NCBI RefSeq assembly: GCF_964355755.1
Contig: NC_092677.1
Span: forward strand, 18,746,101 to 18,810,100
Length of the DNA: 64,000 nt
Origin: Antedon mediterranea
Taxonomy: Eukaryota; Animalia; Echinodermata
Direction of reading: 5' to 3'
Shown in pieces: positions 52,701 to 64,000 of the stretch. Numbering within the stretch: position 1 is the first letter of the stretch; each line of letters opens with the position of its first letter. The translations under genes were made by a program, and so were the position numbers. The notes beneath the pieces are model-generated. The model was not told the DNA's origin, ran no database searches, and worked only from the letters and a program-made list of their open reading frames with translations.

Positions 52701-55515
52701 TTCAAACAATCTTACATTACTGTACGATACAATAAAAGTAACTCTATTTTTAAATTTCACCGACACTGAGTGACAGGAATAACAGGAATGTCACATTTAT
52801 CAACTTGTAATGTAAGCATTTTAAAGTATCTACCTTGAGTATGAAAGATTCTACTGAATGAATTAATTAAATCTGGACATTTAGTTTCAAACAATCTCAC
52901 ATTACTATACGATACAATAAAAGTAACGATTTTTTAAAAAATGTTTCACGGACACTCAGTGACAGGAATATATAGGAATGTCATATTTATCAAACTTGCA
53001 AACATATTAAGGTATATCTACCTTGAGTATGAAAGATATTCCTGAATGAATGAATTAAATCTGGACATTTAATTTCAAACAATCTCACATTACTATACGA
53101 TACAATAAAAGTAACGATTTTTTTAAAAATGTTTCACGGACACTCAGTGACAGGAATATATAGGAATGTCATATTGATCAACTTGCAAACATATTAAGGT
53201 ATATCTACCTTCAGTATGAAAGATATTCCTGAATGAATTAATGAAATCTTACATTTCATTTCAAACAATCTTACATTACTATACGATAAAATAAAAGTAA
53301 CTCTCTTTTCATATTTCACAGACAGGAATAAGAATGTCATATTTAACAACTTGGGTATATTAACCTTGAGTATGAAAGATTCTCATGAATGAATCAAGGA
53401 AATATGGACATTTAATCTCAAAAAATCTCACAATTCTTTATGATACAATAAAAGTAACCCTCTTTTAATATTTCACCGACACTGACCGGAATAAATATAT
53501 AGGAATGTCATATTTATCAAACTTGCAAACATATTAAGGTATATCTACCTTGAGTATAAAAGATATGCCTGAATGAATTAATTAATTAAATCTGGACATT
53601 TCATTTCAAACAATCTTACATTACTATACGACACAATAAAAGTAACTCTCTTTTAATATTTCACAGACAGGAATAAGAATGTCATATTTATCAACTTGCA
53701 AACATATTAAGGTATATCTACCTTGAGTATGAAAGATATTCCTGAATGAATTAATTAAATCTGGATATTTAATTTCAAACAATCTTACATTACTGTACGA
53801 TACAATAAAAGTAACTCTCTTTTTATATTTCACCAACACTGAGTGACAGGAATAAATATATAGGAATGTCACATTTATCAAACTTGCAAACATATTAAGG
53901 TATATCTACCTTGAGTATGAAAGATATTCCTGAATGAATTAATTAAATCTGGACATTTAATTTCACAAAATCTTACATTACTATAAGACACAATAAAAGT
54001 AACTCTCTTTTAATATTTCACAGACAGGAATAAGAATGTCATATTTATCAACTTGCAAACATATTAAGGTATATCTACCTTGAGTATGAAAGATATTCCT
54101 GAATGAATTAATTAAATCTGGACAATTAATTTCAAACAATCTCACATTACTATACGATACAATAAAAGTAACGATTTAAAAAAAAATGTTTCACGGACAC
54201 TGAGTGACAGGAATAAATATATAGGAATGTCATATTGATCAACTTGCAAACATATTAAGGTATATCTACCTTCAGTATGAAAGATATTCCTGAATGAATT
54301 AATGAAATCTTACATTTCATTTCAAACAATCTTACATTACTGTACGATAAAATAAAAGTAACTCTCTTTTAATATTTCACAGACAGGAATAAGAATGTCA
54401 TATTTAACAACTTGGGTATATTAACCTTGAGTATGAAAGATTCTCATGAATGAATCAAGGAAATATGGACATTTAATCTCAAAAAATCTCACAATTCTTT
54501 ATGATACAATAAAAGTAACCCTCTTTTAATATTTCACCGACACTGACCGGAATAAATATATAGGAATGTCATATTTATCAAACTTGCAAACATATTAAGG
54601 TATATCTACCTTGAGTATAAAAGATATGCCTGAATGAATTAATTAATTAAATCTGGACATTTCATTTCAAACAATCTTACATTACTATACGACACAATAA
54701 AAGTAACTCTCTTTTAATATTTCACAGACAGGAATAAGAATGTCATATTCTTAACAACTTGGGTATATTAACCTGAGTATGAAAGATTCTCATGAATGAA
54801 TTAAGGAAATATGGACATTTAATCTCAAAAAATCTCACAATTCTTTATGATACAATAAAAGTAACTCTCTTTTAATATTTCACCGACACTGACTGGAATA
54901 AATATATAGGAATGTCATCAAACTTGCAAACATATTATAAGGTATATCTACCTTGAGTATGAAAGATATTCCTGAATGAATTAATTAAATCTGGACATTT
55001 CATTTCAAACAATCTTACATTACTATACGACACAATAAAAGTAACTCTCTTTTAATATTTCACAGACAGGAATAAGAATGTCATATTTATCAACTTGCAA
55101 ACATATTAAGGTATATCTACCTTGAGTATGAAAGATATTCCTGAATGAATTAATTAAATCTGGACATTTAATTTCAAACAATCTTACATTACTGTACGAT
55201 ACAATCAAAGTAACTCTCTTTTTATATTTCACCAACACTGAGTGACAGGAATAAATATATAGGAATGTCACATTTATCAAACTTGCAAACATATTAAGGT
55301 ATATCTACCTTGAGTATGAAAGATATTCCTGAATGAATTAATTAAATCTGGACATTTAATTTCACAAAATCTGACAATAAAAGTAACTCTTTTATTATAT
55401 TTCACTGATACTGACCGGAATAAATATATAGGAATTTCATACTGTATTTATCAAACTTGCCAACATTGCAAGGTATATCAACTTGAGTATGAAAGATTCT
55501 CATGAATGAATTAAC
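49750..55515 (+). repeat. Satellite, ~170-190-bp monomers with 357-bp dimer (interrupted by a LINE at 51587-52600)
   Basis: Recurring ACAATAAAAGTAACTCTC / CTTGCAAACATATTAAGGTATATCTACCTTGAGTATGAAAG; ORF-track copies at 50250, 50607 and 50964 are spaced by 357. Confidence 0.93.
51587..52600 (+). mobile_element. 5'-truncated CR1-group LINE (ORF2 C-terminus, one frameshift)
   Basis: ORFs 51637..52023 and 51900..52343: LNLNKTKVL, HLGVTINSELTWDDHV, PILEYG..AW, IEAVQRRATR, YEERL..LNWPTL..RR; AATAAA plus (TAA)n tail; satellite resumes at 52601. Confidence 0.9.
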
Positions 55516-55864
55516 AGAGAATTCCACTGAGTCAATTTGTATCCTAGAAAGAAGCATAAATTTAAAATGTTAAAAAAAAGGTGTACTAATTAGTCATTCA
55601 GGATATGATGCAAGAGATCCTGATGGGAGGATCATCAAGGCCTTGTGTACCGATCAAACGTTTAATTTAATGAATGGTACATGGCAGAAATGAGGCAGAT
55701 TCTTGCGCAAGAACGGAATTGGAACACTGAGATCAGTTAAGGTTACTCAAAAGTATTGGAAACAAAAGCTTACAGAAATTACTACAAAAAAAAGTGACTG
55801 ACTTTCAAAGAATGGAAAATAACATGCAAGGTTATCATTGGGGACAATGTTAGCAGTCACTTTA

Positions 55865-57075
55865 AGCCTGGTTTCCTGTCGACGTAAGAACTCGATTTTT
55901 ACTACGACTACGTCGATTTTTCATGAGAACATAATGTTTTTACAGGAAACCGGTCAAAGCCTTTGTTTATGCGAAAACGACGTGGCTTACGATGATTTTC
56001 TACATGTTTACATCGCTTATCTAATGTAACGTTACGTCACTCCCGAAAGTTGAATCCAATTTAACTTTCGGGAGTATTGTTGCATATATACGTAAAGAAC
56101 AACCAATCAGCAACCTCATCTATGAATATTTAATCGGCTAATGATGTAATGATTATATATAGAATGCAGATATGGTGGTCTTCTTTATGTAGAGTGTAGA
56201 GTGACTAATGCACATAAAACTAAGGTGTTTCAAACCAATTTGTGCAATGTGTGATGAGATAGCGGTTCGGGAATATCAAAAGAACGCCAGAGCGGACTTA
56301 ACAATGTATTCCTTGCATTGATGACAACATCGGGCTTTATTCTCAAGAAAAATGCCGACATCGAAAGAAGTAATTTTATTTGACTTGGTCCAAAATTACA
56401 GATGCCTTTACGACAAAGAAGTTAAATCATACCAAAAACGGCAAGAGGGAGAAGAAAAATGCATGGGAGGCAATATCGGAACGGGTTGGTTGGCCCGCAG
56501 CTGAATGCCTACGCATTTACAATACAAGAAGGACCGCTTTTGTGAGGTAGGTATCGTAATTATTTGTTATATTATTTATGTATTAAGTTTTAAAATTAAC
56601 GCACTTGCCCTTCCAAATCCCTGAATTTTATAACTCAATAAATAAGTCATGCATTTCGTTTTCTATTAATTAATTGGATGTTTTGGCAACCATTCAAAAT
56701 CTGCAATTTTTTCTACTTTATGGGCAATTGGGAAAGCACATATTTCAAAATTGTTTTTCCAATTATTTACAATAGTTTATTGTTGCACCCTGTAGACATT
56801 TGAAGAAAATACGGGACAGTACAAAAAGTGGGTGCGGTACTGCAGATATTGTTCCTGGTCAAGAGTGGGACCATATGAGATGGTTAATAACCCATATTAA
56901 CCATAGAAAAACACAGGAGTAGTGGATCAACAGATGCCAGCCAGGATGACCCAGAGGAAGAGTGCCTTCGCCTGCTTTCCGAATCGGTAATAGGCATAGT
57001 GGTGGAGGATGATGCAGGTAATTATTATTGTTTATTTAATATTCAATTATGGTAATAATTGTTATAAAATTGACC
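55865..57075 (+). mobile_element. Left part of PIF/Harbinger-like transposon (copy 1)
   Basis: Begins AGCCTGGTTTCC after TTA; uninterrupted host site visible at ~61300-61330; carries a MADF gene; right end missing. Confidence 0.65.
56352..56922 (+). pseudogene. MADF (Myb/SANT-like) domain pseudogene, 2 exons (56352-56546, 56796-56922)
   Basis: MPTSKEVILFDLVQNYRCLYDKEVKSY/KNGKREKKNAWEAISERVGWPAAECLRIYNTRRTAFVR|HLKKIRDSTKSGCG...WDHMRWLITHINHRKT; +1 frameshift near 56432; GT-AG intron. Confidence 0.78.
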
Positions 57076-58966
57076 AAGGGCCATGCATATACTGACACAA
57101 GAGGACGACAAAAACCGACAAAGAGTCCACAGCCAGTGAATTGTGCAAACTTTGGAATAACAATGTCATATTTAACAACTTGGGTATATTAACCTTGAGT
57201 ATGAAAGATTCTCAAGAATGAATCAAGGAAATATGGACATTTAGTATCAAAAAATCTCACAATACTTTATGATACAATAAAAGTAAACTCTCTTTTTATA
57301 TTTCACCGACACTGACCGGAATAAATATATAGGAATGTCATATTTATCAAACTTGCAAACATATTAAGGTATTTCCACCTTGAGTATGAAAGATATTCCT
57401 GAATGAATTAATTACATCTGGATATTTAATTTCAAACAATCTCACATTACTATACGATACAATAAAAGTAACGATTTTTAAAAGAAATGTTTCACGGACA
57501 CTGTGTGACAGGAATAAATATATAGTAAGGTCATATTATCAACTTGCAAACATTTTTAAGGTATCCACTTTGAGTATGAAAGATTCTCCTGAATGAATTA
57601 ATTAAATATGGACATTTAATTTCACAAAATCTCACATTACTATACGACACAATAAAAGTAACTCTCTTTTAATATTTCACAGACAGGAATAAGAATGTCA
57701 TATTTATCAACTTGCAAACATATTAAGGTATATCTACCTTGAGTATGAAAGATATTCCTGAATGAATTAATTAAATCTAGACATTCAATTTCAAACAATC
57801 TTACATTACTGTACGATACAATCAAAGTAACTCTCTTTTTATATTTCACCAACACTGAGTGACAGGAATAAATATATAGGAATGTCACATTTATCAAACT
57901 TGCAAACATATTAAGGTATATCTACCTTGAGTATGAAAGATATTCCTGAATGAATTAATTAAATCTGGACATTTAATTTCACAAAATCTGACAATAAAAG
58001 TAACTCTTTTATTATATTTCACTGATACTGACCGGAATAAATATATAGGAATTTCATACTGTATTTATCAAACTTGCCAACATTGCAAGGTATATCAACT
58101 TGAGTATGAAAGATTCTCATGAATGAATTAACAGAGAATTCCACTGAGTCAATTTGTATCCTAGAAAGAAGCATAAATTTAAAATGTTAAAAAAAAGGTG
58201 TACTAATTAGTCATTCAGGATATGATGCAAGAGATCCTGATGGGAGGATCATCAAGGCCTTGTGTACCGATCAAACGTTTAATTTAATGAATGGTACATG
58301 GCAGAAATGAGGCAGATTCTTGCGCAAGAACGGAATTGGAACACTGAGATCAGTTAAGGTTACTCAAAAGTATTGGAAACAAAAGCTTACAGAAATTACT
58401 ACAAAAAAAAGTGACTGACTTTCAAAGAATGGAAAATAACATGCAAGGTTATCATTGGGGACAATGTTAGCAGTCACTTTAAGCCTGGTTTCCTGTCGAC
58501 GTAAGAACTTGATTTTTACTACGACTACGTCGATTTTTCATGAGAACATAATGTTTTTACAGGAAACCTGTCAAAGCCTTTGTTTATGCGAAAACGACGT
58601 GGCTTACGATGATTTTCTACATGTTTACATCGCTTATCTAATGTAACGTTACGTCACTCCCGAAAGTTGAATCCAATTTAACTTTCGGGAGTATTGTTGC
58701 ATATACGTAAAGAACAACCAATCAGCGACCTCATCTATGAATATTTAATCGGCTAATGATGTAATGATTATATATAGAATGCAGATATGGTGGTCTTCTT
58801 TATGTAGAGTGTAGAGTGACTAATGCACATAAAACTAAGGTGTTTCAAACCAATTTGTGCAATGTGTGATGAGATAGCGGTTCGGGAATATCAAAAGAAC
58901 GCCAGAGCGGACTTAACAATGTATTCCTTGCATTGATGACAACATCGGGCTTCATTCTCAAGAAAA

Positions 58967-59537
58967 ATGCTGACATCGAAAGAAGTAATTTTATTTGACT
59001 TGGTCCAAAATTACAGATGCCTTTACGACAAAGAAGTTAAATCATACCAAAAACGGCAAGAGGGAGAAGAAAAATGCATGGGAGGCGATATCGGAACGGG
59101 TTGGTTGGCCCGCAGCTGAATGGCTACGCATTTACAATACAAGAAGGACCGCTTTTGTGAGGTAGGTATCGTAATTATTTGTTATATTATTTATGTATTA
59201 AGTTTTAAAATTAACGCACTTGCCCTTCCAAATCCCTGAATTTTATAACTCAATAAATAAGTCATGCATTTCGTTTTCTATTTATTAATTGGATGTTTTG
59301 GCAACCATTCAAAATCTGCAATTTTTTCTACTTTATGGGCAATTGGGAAAGCACATATTTCAAAATTGTTTTTCCAATTAATTACAATAGTTTATTGTTG
59401 CACCCTGTAGACATTTGAAGAAAATACGGGACAGTACAAAAAGTGGGTGCGGTACTGCAGATATTGTTCCTGGTCAAGAGTGGGACCATATGAGATGGTT
59501 AATAACCCATATTAACCATAGAAAAACACAGGAGTAG
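58967..59537 (+). pseudogene. MADF domain pseudogene, duplicate copy
   Basis: Near-identical to 56352-56922 with the same frameshift. Confidence 0.78.
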
Positions 59538-59774
59538 TGGATCAACAGATGCCAGCCAGGATGACCCAGAGGAAGAGTGCCTTCGCCTGCTTTCCGAATC
59601 GGTAATAGGCATAGTGGTGGAGGATGATGCAGGTAATCATTATTGTTTATTTAATATTCAATTATGGTAATAATTGTTATAAAATTGACCAAGGGCCATG
59701 CATATACTGACACAAGAGGACGACAAAAACCGACAAAGAGTCCACAGCCAGTGAATTGTGCAAACTTTGGAATA

Positions 59775-60570
59775 ACAATGTCATATTTAACAACTTGGGT
59801 ATATTAACCTTGAGTATGAAAGATTCTCAAGAATGAATCAAGGAAATATGGACATTTAGTATCAAAAAATCTCACAATACTTTATGATACAATAAAAGTA
59901 AACTCTCTTTTTATATTTCACCGACACTGACCGGAATAAATATATAGGAATGTCATATTTATCAAACTTGCAAACATATTAAGGTATTTCCACCTTGAGT
60001 ATGAATGATATTCCTGAATTAATTAATTAAATCTGGACATTTAATTTCAAACAATCTCACATTACTATACGATACAATAAAAGTAACGATTTTTAAAAGA
60101 AATGTTTCACGGACACTGTGTGACAGGAATAAATATATAGTAAGGTCATATTATCAACTTGCAAACATTTTTAAGGTATCCACTTTGAGTATGAAAGATT
60201 CTCCTGAATGAATTAATTAAATATGGACATTTAATTTCACAAAATCTCACATTACTATACGAAACAATAAAAGTAACTCTCTTTTTATATTTCACTGACA
60301 GGAATAAGAATGTCATATTTACAGTAACAACTTGCAAACATATTAAGGTATATCTACCTTGAGTATGAAAGATATTCCTGAATGAATTAATTAAATCTGG
60401 GCATTTAATTTCAAACAATCTCACATTACTATACGATACAATAAAAGTAACGATTTTTAAAAAAATGTTTCACGGACACTGAGTGACAGGAATAAATATA
60501 TAGGAATGTCATATTGATCAACTTATATACATTGCAAGGTATATCACCTCATGAATGAATTAACAGAGAA
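59775..60570 (+). repeat. Further block of the ~180-bp satellite (also 57160-58130)
   Basis: Same monomer motifs as 49750-55515. Confidence 0.9.
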
Positions 60571-60699
60571 TTCCAGCATGTATTTATGATGTAAATTCGT
60601 GAACGTTTCTTAAATGAGGATGCTACATTAAAGGTAGTGCATGCCCTAGTAAGATCGAGATTTGACATATTGCAATAGAGTTCACTACAGATTGTCTCA

Positions 60700-61070
60700 A
60701 ACATCTGTAATAAAATTAATAGTGCTGCCCAACTTGTCCTCTGTTGTTTCCATTGGCTCCCTGTATTGTTTTCAAAGTTCTTTTATTTGTTTTAAAATCC
60801 ATCATATATTTCAGAGCTAATTAAGTTTCATTCGGCAACCTCTACTTGTTTTCGTCTGGTCAACATTTGACTCAACCACTCCTGAGTATCCATGGTGAAG
60901 GTTAGGGAAGCGATCTTTTGTGATCGCTGCTCCAAAATTGTGGAACTATTTGCTATTGGTTATTCGTGAGTGACTCTCACTTAAAGACTTGTTTCGTTCT
61001 GTGTGAATTTATTATATGCATTCGATTTTATTAATTTTATTGTTTGTTAGGCATATAAATGTAATAAATA
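60700..61070 (+). mobile_element. Decayed L2-group LINE 3' fragment
   Basis: HWLP and GKRSFVIAAPKLWN remnants. Confidence 0.55.
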
Positions 61071-61079
61071 GCTGATGGC

Positions 61080-61642
61080 ATGCCTCATCAAGGCCTTGTA
61101 TACCGATCAAAAAAAACCTTACCGTTTAATGTAATGAATGGTAACGGATTCTTGAGCAAGAACGGAATTGGAACACTGAGATAAGTTCAGGTTACTCAAA
61201 AGTATTGGACACAAAAGCTTACAGAAATTACTACAAAAAAAAGTTGGGAAGCGAGACTTTCAAAGAATGGAAAATAAAACGCAAGGTTATCACTAGGGAC
61301 AATGTTAGCAGTCACTTTAGTAGCGAAAAAGTCCTGAGTCGGTCTGAGCAGCACATCATCTACCTCAGCCACTTGATGTAGCATTTTATGGCCCACTGAA
61401 AAGAATCTGGAGACGAGTCCTAGTCGACTGGAAAAGTATTTTTATAGTATAGGTTACTTTGAACATCAAATTTTAAATAAAAAATAAATATTTTTATGCA
61501 CAGCCAAACTATTTGAGGAATGCTATCATTAGCTTCATTCAGTCCCCCTATTTGAGTAATGAAAAAAGTAAGATATATTTATAACATTAGTCAGGGTTCT
61601 ATGTGAAAGGAAAAAAATGTTCAAAGTAGTCCCGGTTTACGG
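61080..61642 (+). mobile_element. pogo/Tigger-like (DDE_1) transposon remnant with right terminus
   Basis: KVI..DNVSSHF and PQPLDVAFYGPLKRIWRRVLVDWK motifs; end AAAGTAGTCCCGGTTTACGG followed by TA. Confidence 0.7.
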
Positions 61643-61689
61643 TAGCTATAATACACATATACATTTTCTGTTTCAGATAATACCTACAA

Positions 61690-62790
61690 TGCATCTCAGA
61701 TCAGAGCATGTCATGTCAAACATTGATGTTAAAATTGACGACTCAGATAATGACCCGGATTATATTCCGGCGCCATCAATCTCAGAAAAAAGAAGTTATC
61801 TCTGAAGACGAACCACAACCACCACCACCAGAAGACAGACATCCAGTCAATCATGAGCAGCGACCATCCATTTCAGGCGACAGACAGCCTGTAATTCATG
61901 AAGAGGATCTACAACACATCCAAGGAGATATACCTTCCAAGAAGTCACACAGCCAGTCAATCAGGAGGTGGAACTACCACACATACCAGTCGAAAGACCA
62001 CCTGACCCGGAAAGAGGTACAAGAAAGAGAAAATTGAACCTGAATTCTTGGGTAAAAAATGTCAGGAAACAGGCCATGCATATACTGACACAAGAGGACG
62101 ACAAAAACCGGCAAAGAGTCCACAGCCAGTGAATTGTGCAAACTTTGCAGAGATAGACAGGTTGGTCATATGCAATGAATATTGGCAGTTAGGTGACTAT
62201 ACACTTCAGAAGGATGGTGTCCAAAACACACATTCATCAGCCATCAACGACTCAAAAACGCCACAAATGATGGTGAACAAACTTGTTCACTTATTTTAAA
62301 AAAAACGGGTTTGATGCTGGAAATATGCCAAAGAAATCTTTTGTCAAACTCGACAGTTTGAGGAAATATGGTGCAGAAAGGTCCTCCTTCCAACTTGCAA
62401 AGGCTGCCAGGAAGTGAAAGAACATTAAATGGTGGACCCGATACCTTGGGTAAAAAACGTCAGGAAACAGGCACGCACCAAAGGACATGCATATACTGAC
62501 ACAGGACGACGACAAAACCCGGCAAAGAGTCCACAGCCAGTGAATTGTGCAAACTTTGCAGAGATAGACAGGTTGGTCATATGCAATGAATATTGGCAGC
62601 TAGGTGACTATACACTTCAGAAAGATTCTTGTCAAACATATAATGTAATTTGGAACAGGTGTCCAAAACACACATTCATCAGCCATCAACGACTCTGTTG
62701 CAGATGCCACAAATGATGGTGAACAGACTTGTTCTCTTATTTTAAAAAATGGGGTTTGATGCTGGAAATATGCCAAAGAAATCTTTGGCA
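61690..62790 (+). pseudogene. Fragmented transposase-like N-terminus (possibly Sola-type), partly duplicated
   Basis: DSDNDPDYIP; WVKNVRKQARTKGHAYTD.GR..PAKSPQPVNC...ICNEYWQLGDYTLQK repeated at ~62050-62340 and ~62445-62790; frameshifted. Confidence 0.5.
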
Positions 62791-63541
62791 AACTTATTGA
62801 TTATAGTTTCCAGCTCTAATAAATAATTATAATCATGCGTGAAATTTAAACATTATTTTCTCAAATACCAATTTTGAATAATTTCTTGGGTATTTATTAT
62901 CAAAATTTAAAAAAAATTGTATCTTGAATCAGTTGGCTTTCTCAAATAAATAAACAAAAATATATAAGTAAACATCCAATTGTTACAAAATGTTTCCAAC
63001 TTGTTTGTCTAAATACATAGAACATGCATAGATAGGCTCAAACTATGGTAAAGTTTAAAAGAACATCAAACCCCCCTCGCCACATTTCTTTTTCTAGGCA
63101 AAGATTTAGGATCAATCAGGTCTGTCTCCTATGGACTGGCAAATGAGGCCAGCAAGCCAGAAACATGACATAAATGCTTGTGTGCACTTTAATTTAGAAC
63201 CTAGTAGATTTTGTGAGATGAGTAGGGGCTTACCCCTGCTGTACAAATTCACACACACAGGCACTGTGGTGAACAGATAAGAGAGCTTCTGAATTAGTAA
63301 TTACAACTGAAAGCATGTACAGTAGTGAAAAGTGTAGCATCTGTAAAGGGCCTCATGGATGTCAGTCTATGCTGTTTCGATTTACCCTTGTTAAATTAAT
63401 CAAAATTATTATAACAAATAAATATTGAATTCAAATGATGTTTATGCAAGACAACAATGATGGTATTTGGAAGATTTTTTCTGAAGATCAGATAAAATGT
63501 TAGAATAGGTGTACATTAAAGACAAACCAAAATGCTAAATA

Positions 63542-63712
63542 ATAAGTTTTATAGCAAATAGCGTGCGCGACGCATGGTGGGAAGGATTTGGGAGTTAACG
63601 TCACAACGCGTACCTACGTGATTTGTTGTTTGTACGTACTCCCAAACCCTTCCCATCATGCATTGTGCAATGACGTACTTCGCGAAACCAAGCTATTTGC
63701 GATAAACTTTAT
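63542..63712. mobile_element. Foldback MITE
   Basis: Outer IR AAGTTTTATAGCAAATAGC / GCTATTTGCGATAAACTT; inner IR CATGGTGGGAAGGATTTGGGAGT / ACTCCCAAACCCTTCCCATCATG. Confidence 0.7.
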
Positions 63713-64000
63713 GGCTAAATAACATTTTAAAACTAAATTTGCATAAATCACATAAATACATATAAACAAAACAAAATTATATTAATAGTTTGATACATTG
63801 AGTTTAAATGAAGGTGTTAAATTTCATTAATTAATGGGCAACAAATATACACACAATCATGTCCACATCAATGGCATTAACATCTCTTCCCATTACTGTA
63901 CTATTTTCATGATCTGTTCAGGTTTATTTTAATTACACGAGCTATACCACAAAATGAAGGACAGAACAATATAAAGAATAAAACAAAAAAGTACATTATC

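Larger units (their letters stand above)
55020..60250 (+). repeat. Tandem segmental duplication, unit about 2617 bp, two copies
   Basis: ORF pairs 55023/57640 and 55838/58455 are both offset by 2617; few substitutions. Confidence 0.92.

Noticed and set aside
50250-57909. Repeated 89-aa ORF family MFASLINVTF...
   Set aside because: Antisense translation of the 357-bp satellite dimer.

Overview
AT-rich metazoan (invertebrate-type) genomic DNA, not prokaryotic; almost all ORF-track entries are spurious. 1-23346 (+) holds the 3' part of a spliced gene with at least 12 tandem ShK (ShKT) six-cysteine domains, one per exon, all separated by phase-1 GT-AG introns and ending in a polybasic tail and stop. 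Its introns carry MITEs, a Helentron-like element, a 47-bp minisatellite and a 15-bp/52-bp satellite with an 884-bp higher-order repeat. The rest is repetitive. At 29314-42940 a small hAT-type element (15-bp TIRs, 8-bp TSD ATCGGACT) has grown to 13.6 kb through nested insertion of seven Helentron/HINE-like copies and one canonical Helitron. Downstream lie LINE fragments (Rex1-like, L2, CR1-group), a decayed Gypsy-like element, a tRNA-derived SINE head, a ~357-bp dimeric satellite, a 2617-bp tandem duplication with a frameshifted Harbinger-type MADF gene, and pogo- and Sola-like transposase remnants. All calls were made by eye; no database searches were run.
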